Positions 28,060-36,755 of a DNA stretch of 64,000 nt are shown piece by piece. Positions within the stretch are counted from its first letter, which is position 1. The number at the start of each line of letters is the position of its first letter. Source of the stretch: Candidatus Latescibacterota bacterium (lineage in GTDB: Bacteria > Latescibacterota > UBA2968 > UBA8231); contig OZ253462.1 of NCBI GenBank assembly GCA_965261395.1, forward strand, positions 1-64,000. The letters run 5' to 3'. The notes below the pieces were generated by a model. The model saw nothing but the letters and a program-made list of their open reading frames with translations, was not told where the DNA came from and made no database searches. The translations under genes and the position numbers were made by a program.

Positions 28060-30288
28060 TCAGCCAAAGCGCCGCAACCGGAGCGCGTTCATCACCACCG
28101 ACACCGACGAAAAGGCCATCGCTAGGCTCGCCAGCATCGGATTGAGCAGCGGACCGCCGAACAGGTAGAGCGCGCCCGCGGCCACCGGAATGCCCGCGGC
28201 GTTGTAAAAAAACGCCCAGAACAAATTCTGCTTTATGGTCCGCACAATCGCTCGGCTCAGCTCGATGGCCCGCGCCACATCCGCCAACCGGCTGTGCATG
28301 AGCACCACGGGGGCAGACGCGGCCGCCACGTCCGTCCCAGTGGCAAAGGCCATGCCCACATCGGCGGCGGCCAGCGCGGGCGCGTCGTTGATCCCATCGC
28401 CGACCATGGCCACGCAGCGGCCCTCGGCCTGCAAGGCCTGCACAGCCGCCGCTTTGTCTGCGGGCAAAACGCCAGCGCGCACGGTCTCAATCCCCACCTG
28501 ACGCGCCACAGCTTCCGCGGCCGGACGGCTGTCGCCCGTGAGCATCACCACCTCCAAGCCGTATTGACGCAGCCGAGCCACGTCTTCCTTGCTCTGCGGG
28601 CGGGGGCGGTCGGCCAAAGACACGCAGCCGACCAATGCGCCCGCCGCCGCGACCCATACGGTGGTGGTACCAGCCGTCGGATCGCTATCCTCGTCTAGGT
28701 GAATTCCCACCACCTCCATCATAGCGCGATTGCCCACCACCACAGCTTCGCCCTCCACCCCAGCCTGCGCGCCTTTGCCCGGCGTCGCCACGACTCCGCT
28801 AGCCTCCGGCACGGCAAGGCCCCGCTCTGCCGCGGCGGTCACAATCGCCGCGGCCAGTGGATGCTCCGAACCGCGCTCCACGGCTGCGGCCAAGCTCAGC
28901 ACTTCGTCGGTGTGGCGTCCGTTTAACGGCTCCACTGCCACGACCTGCGGCCGCCCCTCGGTGATCGTGCCGGTTTTGTCCAGCACCACAGTATCCACTT
29001 TGTGCGCCGTTTCCAGCACTTCTGGGCTTTTGAATAGTATACCGAGGTGCGCGCCGCGGCCCGTGCCGACCATGATGGCGGCCGGCGTGGCCAAGCCCAA
29101 GCTGCACGGGCAAGCGATGATCAACACGGCTACGAAAACCTGCAACGCAAAGCTCAGGTCCTCCCCGGCCCACAACCAACCCACTGCGGCCACCACGCCT
29201 AGGGCCAGTACCGCCGGCACGAAATACCCGGCGACGACATCGGCTAAGCGGGCAATCGGCGCTTTGCCCGCTTGCGCGGCTTCGACTAAGCGCACCATTT
29301 GCATCAGCAGCGCATCCCCGGCCACGCGCGTTGCGCGGACCACGAGCGCGCCCGCGCCGTTGAGACTGCCGCCGGTTACGGCATCGCCCGGTGTCTTGGC
29401 CACAGGCAGCGACTCGCCGGTCAGCAGTGACTCATCGACCGTAGAATTTCCTTCGATGATTTCGCCGTCGGCTGGGATGCGCTCGCCCGGACGCACGCGC
29501 AGGCAGTCGCCCACCTCGATAGCATCGGCCGCGATTTCCCGCTCCCCATCGCCGGTGATCAGCGCGGCCTTGTCGGGCTTAAGTTGCAGCAGGGCACCTA
29601 TGGACGCCTCGGCCCGCAACCGCGAGCGCGCTTCGAGATAGCGGCCCATCAGCATCAGGGTGACGATCGTCGCAACCGACGGGAAATAGGAGTCAAACGC
29701 CGCAACCGCCCCTACGGCGACGGACCCCAAACCCCAAGCGCTGTAGAGCCAAGCCGCAGCCGTGCCAATGGCGATGAGCGAAAACATGTTGGGTCGGCCC
29801 CGCCACAGAGCCTGCCCGCCCTCGACGTAGATCTGGCGGCCAATCCACAGCACCGGCAGCACGAATAGCAGGTGCAAAAGCCCCACCCGCAACGGATGCT
29901 GGGCAAGGGACAGCGCATCGGCAACGGGCGCACCCATCTGTTCGGCCATCTCCACCGCGAAGAGCGGCAGCCAAAACACAACGGCCCAGCGAAACGCACC
30001 CGCCTGCGCGGCCAGTTCGACCCGCTTGCGCTCCTGTCGCCTAGCCGCGCCTTCGGCTTCGGGCGCTTGTACCCGCGCCTGGAACCCCGCTTTTGCCACG
30101 GCCGCTGCAATGCTTTCTTCATCTACAGCCGCCGGATCAAAGCGCACGGCCATCTGCTCGGTCGCCAAGTTGACGTCAGCCACTTCGACGCCGGCCAAGC
30201 CGGACACCTGCTGCTCGACCTGCCGCACGCAGCCAGCGCAGTGCATGCCCTCAATGGCGAAATGTTGCTCTCTACTGTTTGCCGTCAT
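28060..30288 (-). CDS. copA: Cu(+)-type P1B ATPase
   Basis: GMHCAGC HMA domain, TGES, IACPC, DKTGT, HP, GDGIND, YN and M..SS TM ligands. Confidence 0.9.
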   Translation of the reverse strand: MTANSREQHFAIEGMHCAGCVRQVEQQVSGLAGVEVADVNLATEQMAVRFDPAAVDEESIAAAVAKAGFQARVQAPEAEGAARRQERKRVELAAQAGAFRWAVVFWLPLFAVEMAEQMGAPVADALSLAQHPLRVGLLHLLFVLPVLWIGRQIYVEGGQALWRGRPNMFSLIAIGTAAAWLYSAWGLGSVAVGAVAAFDSYFPSVATIVTLMLMGRYLEARSRLRAEASIGALLQLKPDKAALITGDGEREIAADAIEVGDCLRVRPGERIPADGEIIEGNSTVDESLLTGESLPVAKTPGDAVTGGSLNGAGALVVRATRVAGDALLMQMVRLVEAAQAGKAPIARLADVVAGYFVPAVLALGVVAAVGWLWAGEDLSFALQVFVAVLIIACPCSLGLATPAAIMVGTGRGAHLGILFKSPEVLETAHKVDTVVLDKTGTITEGRPQVVAVEPLNGRHTDEVLSLAAAVERGSEHPLAAAIVTAAAERGLAVPEASGVVATPGKGAQAGVEGEAVVVGNRAMMEVVGIHLDEDSDPTAGTTTVWVAAAGALVGCVSLADRPRPQSKEDVARLRQYGLEVVMLTGDSRPAAEAVARQVGIETVRAGVLPADKAAAVQALQAEGRCVAMVGDGINDAPALAAADVGMAFATGTDVAAASAPVVLMHSRLADVARAIELSRAIVRTIKQNLFWAFFYNAAGIPVAAGALYLFGGPLLNPMLASLAMAFSSVSVVMNALRLRRFG

Positions 30289-30326
30289 GTTGCAACCTCG
30301 CAATTCGACCGGCGAACCCGCTCAAT

Positions 30327-30367
30327 GCGGTGGTTTTCAACGCCGGCACGATATTGAAAACCACCGC
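30327..30367. other. 14-bp inverted repeat upstream of copA (terminator or operator)
   Basis: gcggtggttttcaa / ttgaaaaccaccgc. Confidence 0.55.
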
Positions 30368-30387
30368 GCCAAGCCGTCCAATCCGCC

Positions 30388-30831
30388 TCAGTCGAGCGTG
30401 CCAATCAGGTGCTTGATTTGCGCCCAAGTCGATACCTCGACCGCTGTATCGTGCGATGTGGGTGGCGGGGTACTCGTTGGGTCGCCGGGGGCAAATGCCT
30501 CGCCTTCTGGATTAGTATCGCCGGCCACCCAAGTGCCGTCGGGGTCGCCCAACTCAGCGCCATTGGACGCTCCGTCGCCGTCGGAGTCCAAGGCTGCTAG
30601 CTCTGGGCCCCAAAGCACGTCACCGGCTGCACCGGCCGCGGTGAGAAAGTTGGTTTCGATTTCCAATCCAAACGCGTTGCGCGGTGAACCGCCGCCGGCC
30701 GTGTGGCATGAGTTGCAGCTAAACACGGCACCATTGGGAATCTGGCTTACGCGCTTGCCGCGTGCGTAAGCCTCTTCGGCGACTAGACCGCCCAAAAAGA
30801 GCACGGCTACCAGCAAAATTCGCCAAGACAT
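30388..30831 (-). CDS. Secreted CxxCH protein with a temptin-like core and C-terminal TWxxIK motif
   Basis: Signal peptide; CNSCH..GGG.PRNAFG...W...L...DSDGDGASNGAELGDP; ends TAVEVSTWAQIKHLI. Confidence 0.7.
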   Translation of the reverse strand: MSWRILLVAVLFLGGLVAEEAYARGKRVSQIPNGAVFSCNSCHTAGGGSPRNAFGLEIETNFLTAAGAAGDVLWGPELAALDSDGDGASNGAELGDPDGTWVAGDTNPEGEAFAPGDPTSTPPPTSHDTAVEVSTWAQIKHLIGTLD

Positions 30832-30978
30832 AGGAAATCTCCTTTCCTTGCTATTTGCCGCGGGAGGTCGCGGCCCTCAGAACATGCTCACGCGCAGCAC
30901 TGCAAGTCAACACAAGCCCCTCGCCCACCACCGCCAAATCGCGCATATTCTTGGTACATTCCACAGGAGGCAACGCTC

Positions 30979-32799
30979 ATGTCCACCGCTCAACGTCTCG
31001 ACCTAAGCGAAATGCGGCCACAGATCGATGTCGATCCAGCGACCTGCGTCTATCACCGGCTCGCACCGGCTAGCGAATTTGCCGCAGGCGAGGGCCGGCC
31101 TTTTACCGTCGAAGGCATTCACCTCGCCGTCTTTCTCTACGAGGGGCGCTTTCACGCCGTTGACAATCGCTGCCCGCACATGGGCTACCCCATGTCCAAA
31201 GGCAGCATCCGCGACGGAGTGCTGATCTGCCACTGGCACCACTGGGAATTTGACCTGAAGACCGGCGGCTGCCTGCTGACTTCGGGCGACGACCTGAAAG
31301 CCTTTCCGGTGGAGGTGCGCGACGACGGCTACGCGTGGGTGGGCATCCCGCCCGGCGAAAAGGAAGAAGCCCGCCTGCGGATCGTGGCCCGCGGCAAGCG
31401 CGCACTCGAACAAGGGCTCAAGGACCGCAGTTCCTTCCTCATCGCCAAAGCGGTCGCCGCGCTCCGCCAGACGGGGGCCACCCCGCAGGAAATCATCCAA
31501 CAGGGCCTCTACTACGGCGCGCACAAAACCAGCGAAGGCTGGTCGTCGGGCGTCGCCATCCTAACCCTCGCGGCGAACATGTGGGACGACACCGCCGAGG
31601 CCGATCACAACCTCTTTCTCGTCCACGGCTTGACCCAGATTTCGCAGCGTACCTCCGGCTCGTCGCGCCGCCAGCGCTTCCCCTTTCCCCGCGCCAATGC
31701 CGACCAAGACTTGGCCACTCTCAAGCGCTGGTTTCGCACCTTTATCGATCAGCGGCACCACGGCGCGGCCGAGCGCATCTTGCTCACCCTGCACGACCGC
31801 GGCTGCGACAAGGAAACCCTCGCGGATTTCGTCTTCACCGCGGCCACGGATTTCTACTTCACCGGCGACGGGCACGCCCTCGACTTTGCCAACAAGATGT
31901 TCGAGGCCCTCGACTACGTGGAATGGACCGGCGCGCACGAGATCCTCCGCCCGATCGTCGTCGATTTGGTGAGCCGCACTCGCCACGAAGAGACCTCGCG
32001 CTGGGCCGATAGCCTACCGGTCTTAGAAAACATCTTCTCGCGCCTAGACGAGATCTGGGAGGACAATCAGCGCAACGAAGCCACTCTCGACGTCGCCGAA
32101 TTCACTCAAGTCATGCTCGGCGACGACTTTGAACCCATCCTCGTCCGCGTCGAAGCGGCGTTGCGTGCTGGCGTGCCACCGACCCAACTCTGCCGCGCCA
32201 TGACCTACGCCGGCGCGCAGCGCACCCTGCGCTTCCACCTCAAAAACGAGGGCGATTGGCACGACGTGGCCAACATTTACTCCTACGCCCACGCCCTGTA
32301 TAAGACCTTCCACTACGCCCCCAGCAAGGAGCTGTTGCGCGCCATTTTCCACGGCGCGGTCTTCCTCACCTACCTGCGTTGGCTCAACATGCCGGCTGCC
32401 CGCGTCCCACGGCACGGGCAGAAGCTCGACGAGCACTTCGCCTCCAGCGAGGCCATGCTCGATCACCTCGGCGAATTAGCCGATTTCCAAAAGGTCTTTG
32501 AGGCCGAAGTCCTCGTCAGCCAGTATCTCGAAGAAGGGCGCGACCTCGCCAAGCTCCGCCACGCCTTGAGCCACATCATGCTCCGCGAAGACGCCGAGCT
32601 GCACATGTTCCAAGTGCTCGAAGCTGCGTTCCGGCACTACGACTTGAGCAGCGATCCCGAGGAAAAGCGCGTCCACCTGTTGGCGGCGACCCGCTATATC
32701 ACCGCGCAAAAGGTGATGAAAAACATCCTCTGGGCCACGGAAAACGCCGAGCGACTCCAGCGCGGCGAGTTGCTCAGCGAGCGCGAAGACGACGACTAG
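30979..32799 (+). CDS. Rieske [2Fe-2S] domain fused to a large helical domain
   Basis: CPHMG...ICHWHHWEFD; AGGAGG RBS. Confidence 0.85.
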   Translation: MSTAQRLDLSEMRPQIDVDPATCVYHRLAPASEFAAGEGRPFTVEGIHLAVFLYEGRFHAVDNRCPHMGYPMSKGSIRDGVLICHWHHWEFDLKTGGCLLTSGDDLKAFPVEVRDDGYAWVGIPPGEKEEARLRIVARGKRALEQGLKDRSSFLIAKAVAALRQTGATPQEIIQQGLYYGAHKTSEGWSSGVAILTLAANMWDDTAEADHNLFLVHGLTQISQRTSGSSRRQRFPFPRANADQDLATLKRWFRTFIDQRHHGAAERILLTLHDRGCDKETLADFVFTAATDFYFTGDGHALDFANKMFEALDYVEWTGAHEILRPIVVDLVSRTRHEETSRWADSLPVLENIFSRLDEIWEDNQRNEATLDVAEFTQVMLGDDFEPILVRVEAALRAGVPPTQLCRAMTYAGAQRTLRFHLKNEGDWHDVANIYSYAHALYKTFHYAPSKELLRAIFHGAVFLTYLRWLNMPAARVPRHGQKLDEHFASSEAMLDHLGELADFQKVFEAEVLVSQYLEEGRDLAKLRHALSHIMLREDAELHMFQVLEAAFRHYDLSSDPEEKRVHLLAATRYITAQKVMKNILWATENAERLQRGELLSEREDDD

Positions 32800-32810
32800 A
32801 CGACGACTAG
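32788..32810 (+). repeat. 11-bp tandem duplication (gacgacgacta x2) spanning the stop codon
   Basis: gacgacgactagacgacgactag read directly; lies near the left edge of the low-GC island. Confidence 0.7.
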
Positions 32811-32831
32811 AAGACTATACGCTAAAACGAA

Positions 32832-32865
32832 GAAGTGCCCCGACAAAACCGTCGGGGCACCCTTC
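32832..32865. terminator. Hairpin terminator between convergent genes
   Basis: gtgccccgac / gtcggggcac 10-bp stem. Confidence 0.7.
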
Positions 32866-32895
32866 AGACTCTGAACCGCGCTTAAACAGTTCGTC

Positions 32896-33117
32896 TCAAA
32901 TGGAACAGATCAGGGAATCGGCGGTCCCGTAAGCGCGACTCTGCGCGGGAGGACGGCAATCGAAGTCCAAACGGAGATCCCCCTCCGAGAGTCCAAGTCC
33001 CTCCAACTGCGGTGGACATGTAAGCAGAGCCGCATTGAGCTTCTTGGTCAGCTTGGGTACCAGAGTTGATTTGCCCGTAGCATCAAGTCCTTCGATGACA
33101 ATGAATCTACCAGCCAT
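32896..33117 (-). pseudogene. Truncated CMPK2/thymidylate-kinase-like nucleotide kinase
   Basis: FIVIEGLDATGKST P-loop, LLTCPP; only 73 aa with no DR motif or lid; start overlaps the viperin stop. Confidence 0.8.
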
Positions 33118-33988
33118 ACAGCCCTCCTCTCTGGAGAAACCGTTCGAGGTTTATAGATACATCCCTCAAGGCTTCATCAACTCCAACATACAAAATAGGG
33201 CGGCTGTAAGTATGGGTGCCTTGAGCGTTATCAAAAAAGCGTCCCGCAGGGTCAATCATGACGTAACTTTCCGTCATCAGCGCATTGTTCTCCGGGACGA
33301 CACTAATTCCGGCATTTTCGACAGACCGATTGCGTTGGACGTACTCCTCAAATTGCTCTATCGCGATCTCGAAATCGGCGATATGTGCGTCGTTTTGACC
33401 ATTGACAGCGAGGGCTTGAAGTATCTTCCAACGCTCCGGGTTTGCCGACCTGATGAAGTCAGTGAAGTCCTCTCGCCAAGTTTCGGAAGTTACGACAGTG
33501 TTGATTTTCAAACGTATCCCACGTCGCTTTATCTGACTGGCGATACGCAGATATTCTTCCTCGGTTATGGGGCTAGTGCCACGGAGTGCACGCCCCAGTC
33601 GTTTCTGTTTTCCCGGATCGACGGTGTCGACGCTTAGCGCGATCCAATCTAGGCTTCCATTTACGTCATCCAGCCAGCGATCGGTGATTCTCGACCCATT
33701 GGTGACAATAGAGGTCGTCGCCCCGCGTTCTTTTGCCCGCCTAATCAGGTCTGGCAACCACGAGCAGAGGGTGGGTTCACCACCAGCAAAATTGATTTTC
33801 CCAAAACCCGCTTCAGTAAGCCGATCCACAACCGAGATAGCATCTTCCTTTGGCAAGTGCCCTTTGGGTAAAATGCTTTGCTTGACATCTTGGAATGTGG
33901 CAAAACAGAACTTGCAACGCATGTTGCACGGCTCCCAGAGATGGAAGTTGACCGATGGAACTTTCTTAGAAAATTGGTTGGTTTGCAT
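33107..33988 (-). CDS. Prokaryotic viperin (pVip), radical SAM ddhNTP synthase
   Basis: SVNFHLWEPCNMRCKFCF, KINFAGGEP, SIVTNGS, KINTVV, PERWK..Q, SYVMIDPAGRF; AAGGAG RBS before ATG 33988. Confidence 0.93.
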   Translation of the reverse strand: MQTNQFSKKVPSVNFHLWEPCNMRCKFCFATFQDVKQSILPKGHLPKEDAISVVDRLTEAGFGKINFAGGEPTLCSWLPDLIRRAKERGATTSIVTNGSRITDRWLDDVNGSLDWIALSVDTVDPGKQKRLGRALRGTSPITEEEYLRIASQIKRRGIRLKINTVVTSETWREDFTDFIRSANPERWKILQALAVNGQNDAHIADFEIAIEQFEEYVQRNRSVENAGISVVPENNALMTESYVMIDPAGRFFDNAQGTHTYSRPILYVGVDEALRDVSINLERFLQRGGLYGW

Positions 33989-34000
33989 CTGAAGCTCCTT

Positions 34001-34190
34001 TCTCAATTGAGATTAAAGGGACGATGTTGCTATCCCAGTTGTCTGAAAGGATGCGTCGTATGCACGATCCCAAAAGGATCAAAGTGCGGCTATTGAGAGC
34101 CGCGAAGTGCGACGCATCTGATAAAACGAAATTTGGGGGCAGAGGTTGACCGTGAAAGCGTCAGAGCTGGTAACGGCCAACCTCTGCCGG
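34001..34190. ncRNA. Candidate structured RNA or cis-regulatory leader upstream of viperin
   Basis: Stems 34050-58/34110-18, gatcc/ggatc, gcggct/agccgc and 34138-53/34173-88; palindrome tctcaattgaga next to the RBS. Confidence 0.45.
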
Positions 34191-34260
34191 TGCATCATTT
34201 GCCCTTACCCTTGCCGGGCGGGGCATTGCCGCGTCCACGCCCGGAAGTCCGGCGATACTG

Positions 34261-34419
34261 CTATTTCTTGACCGCTGCTCTCTGAGCGCGCGCCGCAAAG
34301 CTGCCCTTGGCAACCTTGCCACCATCCTTGGCAGCCGCCCCCTGGATACGTGCCGCGGCCTTCGGGGTCATGCGGTTACCGCCTTTCCCACTGCCTCGGC
34401 TTCCGGTTGATTTGGCCAT
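34261..34419 (-). CDS. 52-aa basic micro-protein (not in the ORF track)
   Basis: MAKSTGSRGSGKGGNRMTPKAAARIQGAAAKDGGKVAKGSFAARAQRAAVKK*; near-perfect RBS AAGAAAGGAGGTGAT just upstream of the ATG. Confidence 0.8.
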   Translation of the reverse strand: MAKSTGSRGSGKGGNRMTPKAAARIQGAAAKDGGKVAKGSFAARAQRAAVKK

Positions 34420-34575
34420 GTCATCACCTCCTTTCTTGTAGAAATGAGCCGCCTCACGGGGACACTATGCTTCCCAATCGAAGAACGGCTTGCTTCCCGT
34501 CATAAGTGATTCCGTTCATTGACCTCTCACTATACAACACCTAAGCGATGAAAAAGTGTTCCTCTTATTCGCCAT

Positions 34576-36312
34576 TTATACTTCCCAATGGAGGCGATCA
34601 TCTTTCTCCCGTGTACGATGCAGTTCCTTGCGGCGCGTCCGCATGGCTCCAGATTCATCGATCTTTTTTCCAAGCGTCAAAAGATGCGCTTGGCGAAGCC
34701 ACCAAAAGGCTTCAAAGAGGGGGCGGCGAGGCGAGGCCCCGTCATCTAAGTTGGGTTTCTTGCGATCTAAGTGCCGAATTCTCTTGTGTGCTTTCTTGGC
34801 AAGGCTGCGGACCGTTGAGTCTGGGTCGTTGTTGAGAAGCCAAAATACAGTTCGGTGCGCCCGACCGCCGGGATTGACGCGCAAGGCCGCCAAGGCTTGT
34901 ACGTAGCCCTGACGCCACAGCGGTCGAGGCTCTATGAAATCGGCGTTGGTATAGCCTGCTGCTTTTTTAGCTTTTGTCTTGAGTCGTCCAAGGCAAAATT
35001 TAGCGAACTCTTCACGCAAAGTCTGTAAGTGCGAATCTCGGTCCAGCTCTGCCCGCAGGTTCTGAGGGTACGTGGCGATCTCGATCCACAGCGGTATTTC
35101 ACTATACGGATAAGGAGGAGCCTCTCTTCCATGTTCGTCCCGAGGGCGCAGATCAGATGTAACAGCCGGCACGTTCATCTCCGTAAAAACCAGCAATAAG
35201 GGCTTCAGGCATTTCCACGGGTCGGCAAAACTTAGCAAAATATCAAACGCCTTTCTGTAAAAATCGGACACTTCTCCTGCTGAATTTTTCTCCTTAAAAA
35301 CTTTTGGGTCATCTCGTAACACCGCCCGCAACATTCCGATATGTCTAGCGGCACTTTCGATAAGCCGATTTCTCAGTTCTGTAGAGAGTTCAGATTCCAA
35401 TCCGCCCATACTCCTACTGTAAATTATCTTGGCTAATCCCCACCAAGCTTTAATCAATGAGGAGCTTTCCTGATTTGACTCTGGCTGTTTCGTATTCAGA
35501 AGGTCCAAAAACGGAATTAACTCATGTGCAACAACCCGCCATCCGTCGTTCAGAGCATCTAAACGTTCCTTACTCGATACAGATCCAAGACTCATAGCGT
35601 AGTGGATGGCATTTAAGAAGCCGAGAATTTTTTCGCCTAAAACATCTGCTGGAAGATCGGTAAAAGCTGGCAACAGTGTGTGCAGGCTGACTGTGCTGCA
35701 ATGTTCTGCATTCTTGCGAAAGCGCCAGATTAGCCAAAATTCAAGTTCCTTGGGATCTCTAAAATCACTACTGGACCATTCTCTCCGTTGAACGGGATTC
35801 AGAGCATTGAGATCGACGACCTGAGTTAAAGGCAAGTCTTTGGGAAAGAGAAATAGAATCAGGTCGGCGAATAGGAAGGAAGAGGAATCCTTCATTTCGT
35901 TAAGCTTGTGCCAATCCAAGTTTTTTGCGCAAAACGCTGCGTGCTGCCGAAATTCGTGGACCCAAGGGCCATTAACACGGGGCCGCAGCTCTTCACTGTA
36001 ATAAACCGGGCCGCAATTGAGCATAGAGCCAAAAAGAAGGGCCAAGCGAGTTTGGCGATCTTTTGCGTCTATGTTTTCTACAATGCGGGGAAGGTCGCGC
36101 TCGAAGGAATCTACGAAATGGTCTTTGAATACAGCGTTGCTTGCAGAACTGCCAAAACAGTCTGGACGCTCAAAGACGCGCAGCAGCCACGCTTGGTCAT
36201 CAGGAGAGAAACCTGCATCGTGCAGACACTCCTTGATGTGGACTACTTCTAAGTGTTTTGAATCTTCTGGGAGATCAATAAGGCCGGAACGACCCTCTTT
36301 AGCTTTGCCCAT
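34576..36312 (-). CDS. Unknown 578-aa helical protein
   Basis: Long ORF in lower-GC DNA; C-terminal region with HEAT-like NDPDSTVRSLAKKA and SPRRPLFEAFWWLRQAH; no family recognised. Confidence 0.75.
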   Translation of the reverse strand: MGKAKEGRSGLIDLPEDSKHLEVVHIKECLHDAGFSPDDQAWLLRVFERPDCFGSSASNAVFKDHFVDSFERDLPRIVENIDAKDRQTRLALLFGSMLNCGPVYYSEELRPRVNGPWVHEFRQHAAFCAKNLDWHKLNEMKDSSSFLFADLILFLFPKDLPLTQVVDLNALNPVQRREWSSSDFRDPKELEFWLIWRFRKNAEHCSTVSLHTLLPAFTDLPADVLGEKILGFLNAIHYAMSLGSVSSKERLDALNDGWRVVAHELIPFLDLLNTKQPESNQESSSLIKAWWGLAKIIYSRSMGGLESELSTELRNRLIESAARHIGMLRAVLRDDPKVFKEKNSAGEVSDFYRKAFDILLSFADPWKCLKPLLLVFTEMNVPAVTSDLRPRDEHGREAPPYPYSEIPLWIEIATYPQNLRAELDRDSHLQTLREEFAKFCLGRLKTKAKKAAGYTNADFIEPRPLWRQGYVQALAALRVNPGGRAHRTVFWLLNNDPDSTVRSLAKKAHKRIRHLDRKKPNLDDGASPRRPLFEAFWWLRQAHLLTLGKKIDESGAMRTRRKELHRTREKDDRLHWEV

Positions 36313-36631
36313 ATTTGTTCCCTTACTAGGCGAAAACTACATCCTGTGTGAAACGATTGACGTAGGCGTTGGAAAACCCGTGTCAAATTGTGAACCCGTA
36401 GGAATCCCGCCTGAAGAAGAATCGGGATCGGAAGAGATGCAGAAGGCATCAAAGCAACGAGGTTCTCATCTAATTCGAAATTTCTTTGCCCTGTGATCCT
36501 TGTCAACCCCTAGCTGCTTTTTTACAAAGCCAAGGTAGTCTCATAAACATCTGAGACATTCGGATTATTCTAGGCATCGTCCCTACTATGTTCGCCTGCG
36601 GCTCTGCTTTCGCACCGCCGCTCGTACTACA

Positions 36632-36722
36632 TATAGCAATCCTAAATCATTGACTAGACTGGATTCCCGCTTTCGCGGGAATGACTTATAGATAGAAGAG
36701 ACCGGGCTGATGGACCGCTATA
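36632..36722. mobile_element. MITE-like element (TATAGC...GCTATA) enclosing a palindromic repeat
   Basis: Left end tatagcaatcctaaatcatt matches the reverse complement of 24965-24984 at 18/20; right end is only weakly similar. Confidence 0.5.
36659..36685. repeat. dRS3-like palindrome ATTCCC-N8-GGGAAT
   Basis: ctggattcccgctttcgcgggaatgac. Confidence 0.75.
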
Positions 36723-36755
36723 TCTAACACCTCTACCGGCGAAATGTGTCACCTT

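Noticed and set aside
36249-36506. 85-aa ORF overlapping the start of the 578-aa gene
   Set aside because: Its TTG start is part of a TTGACA box, with no RBS and no recognisable motif; more likely promoter region
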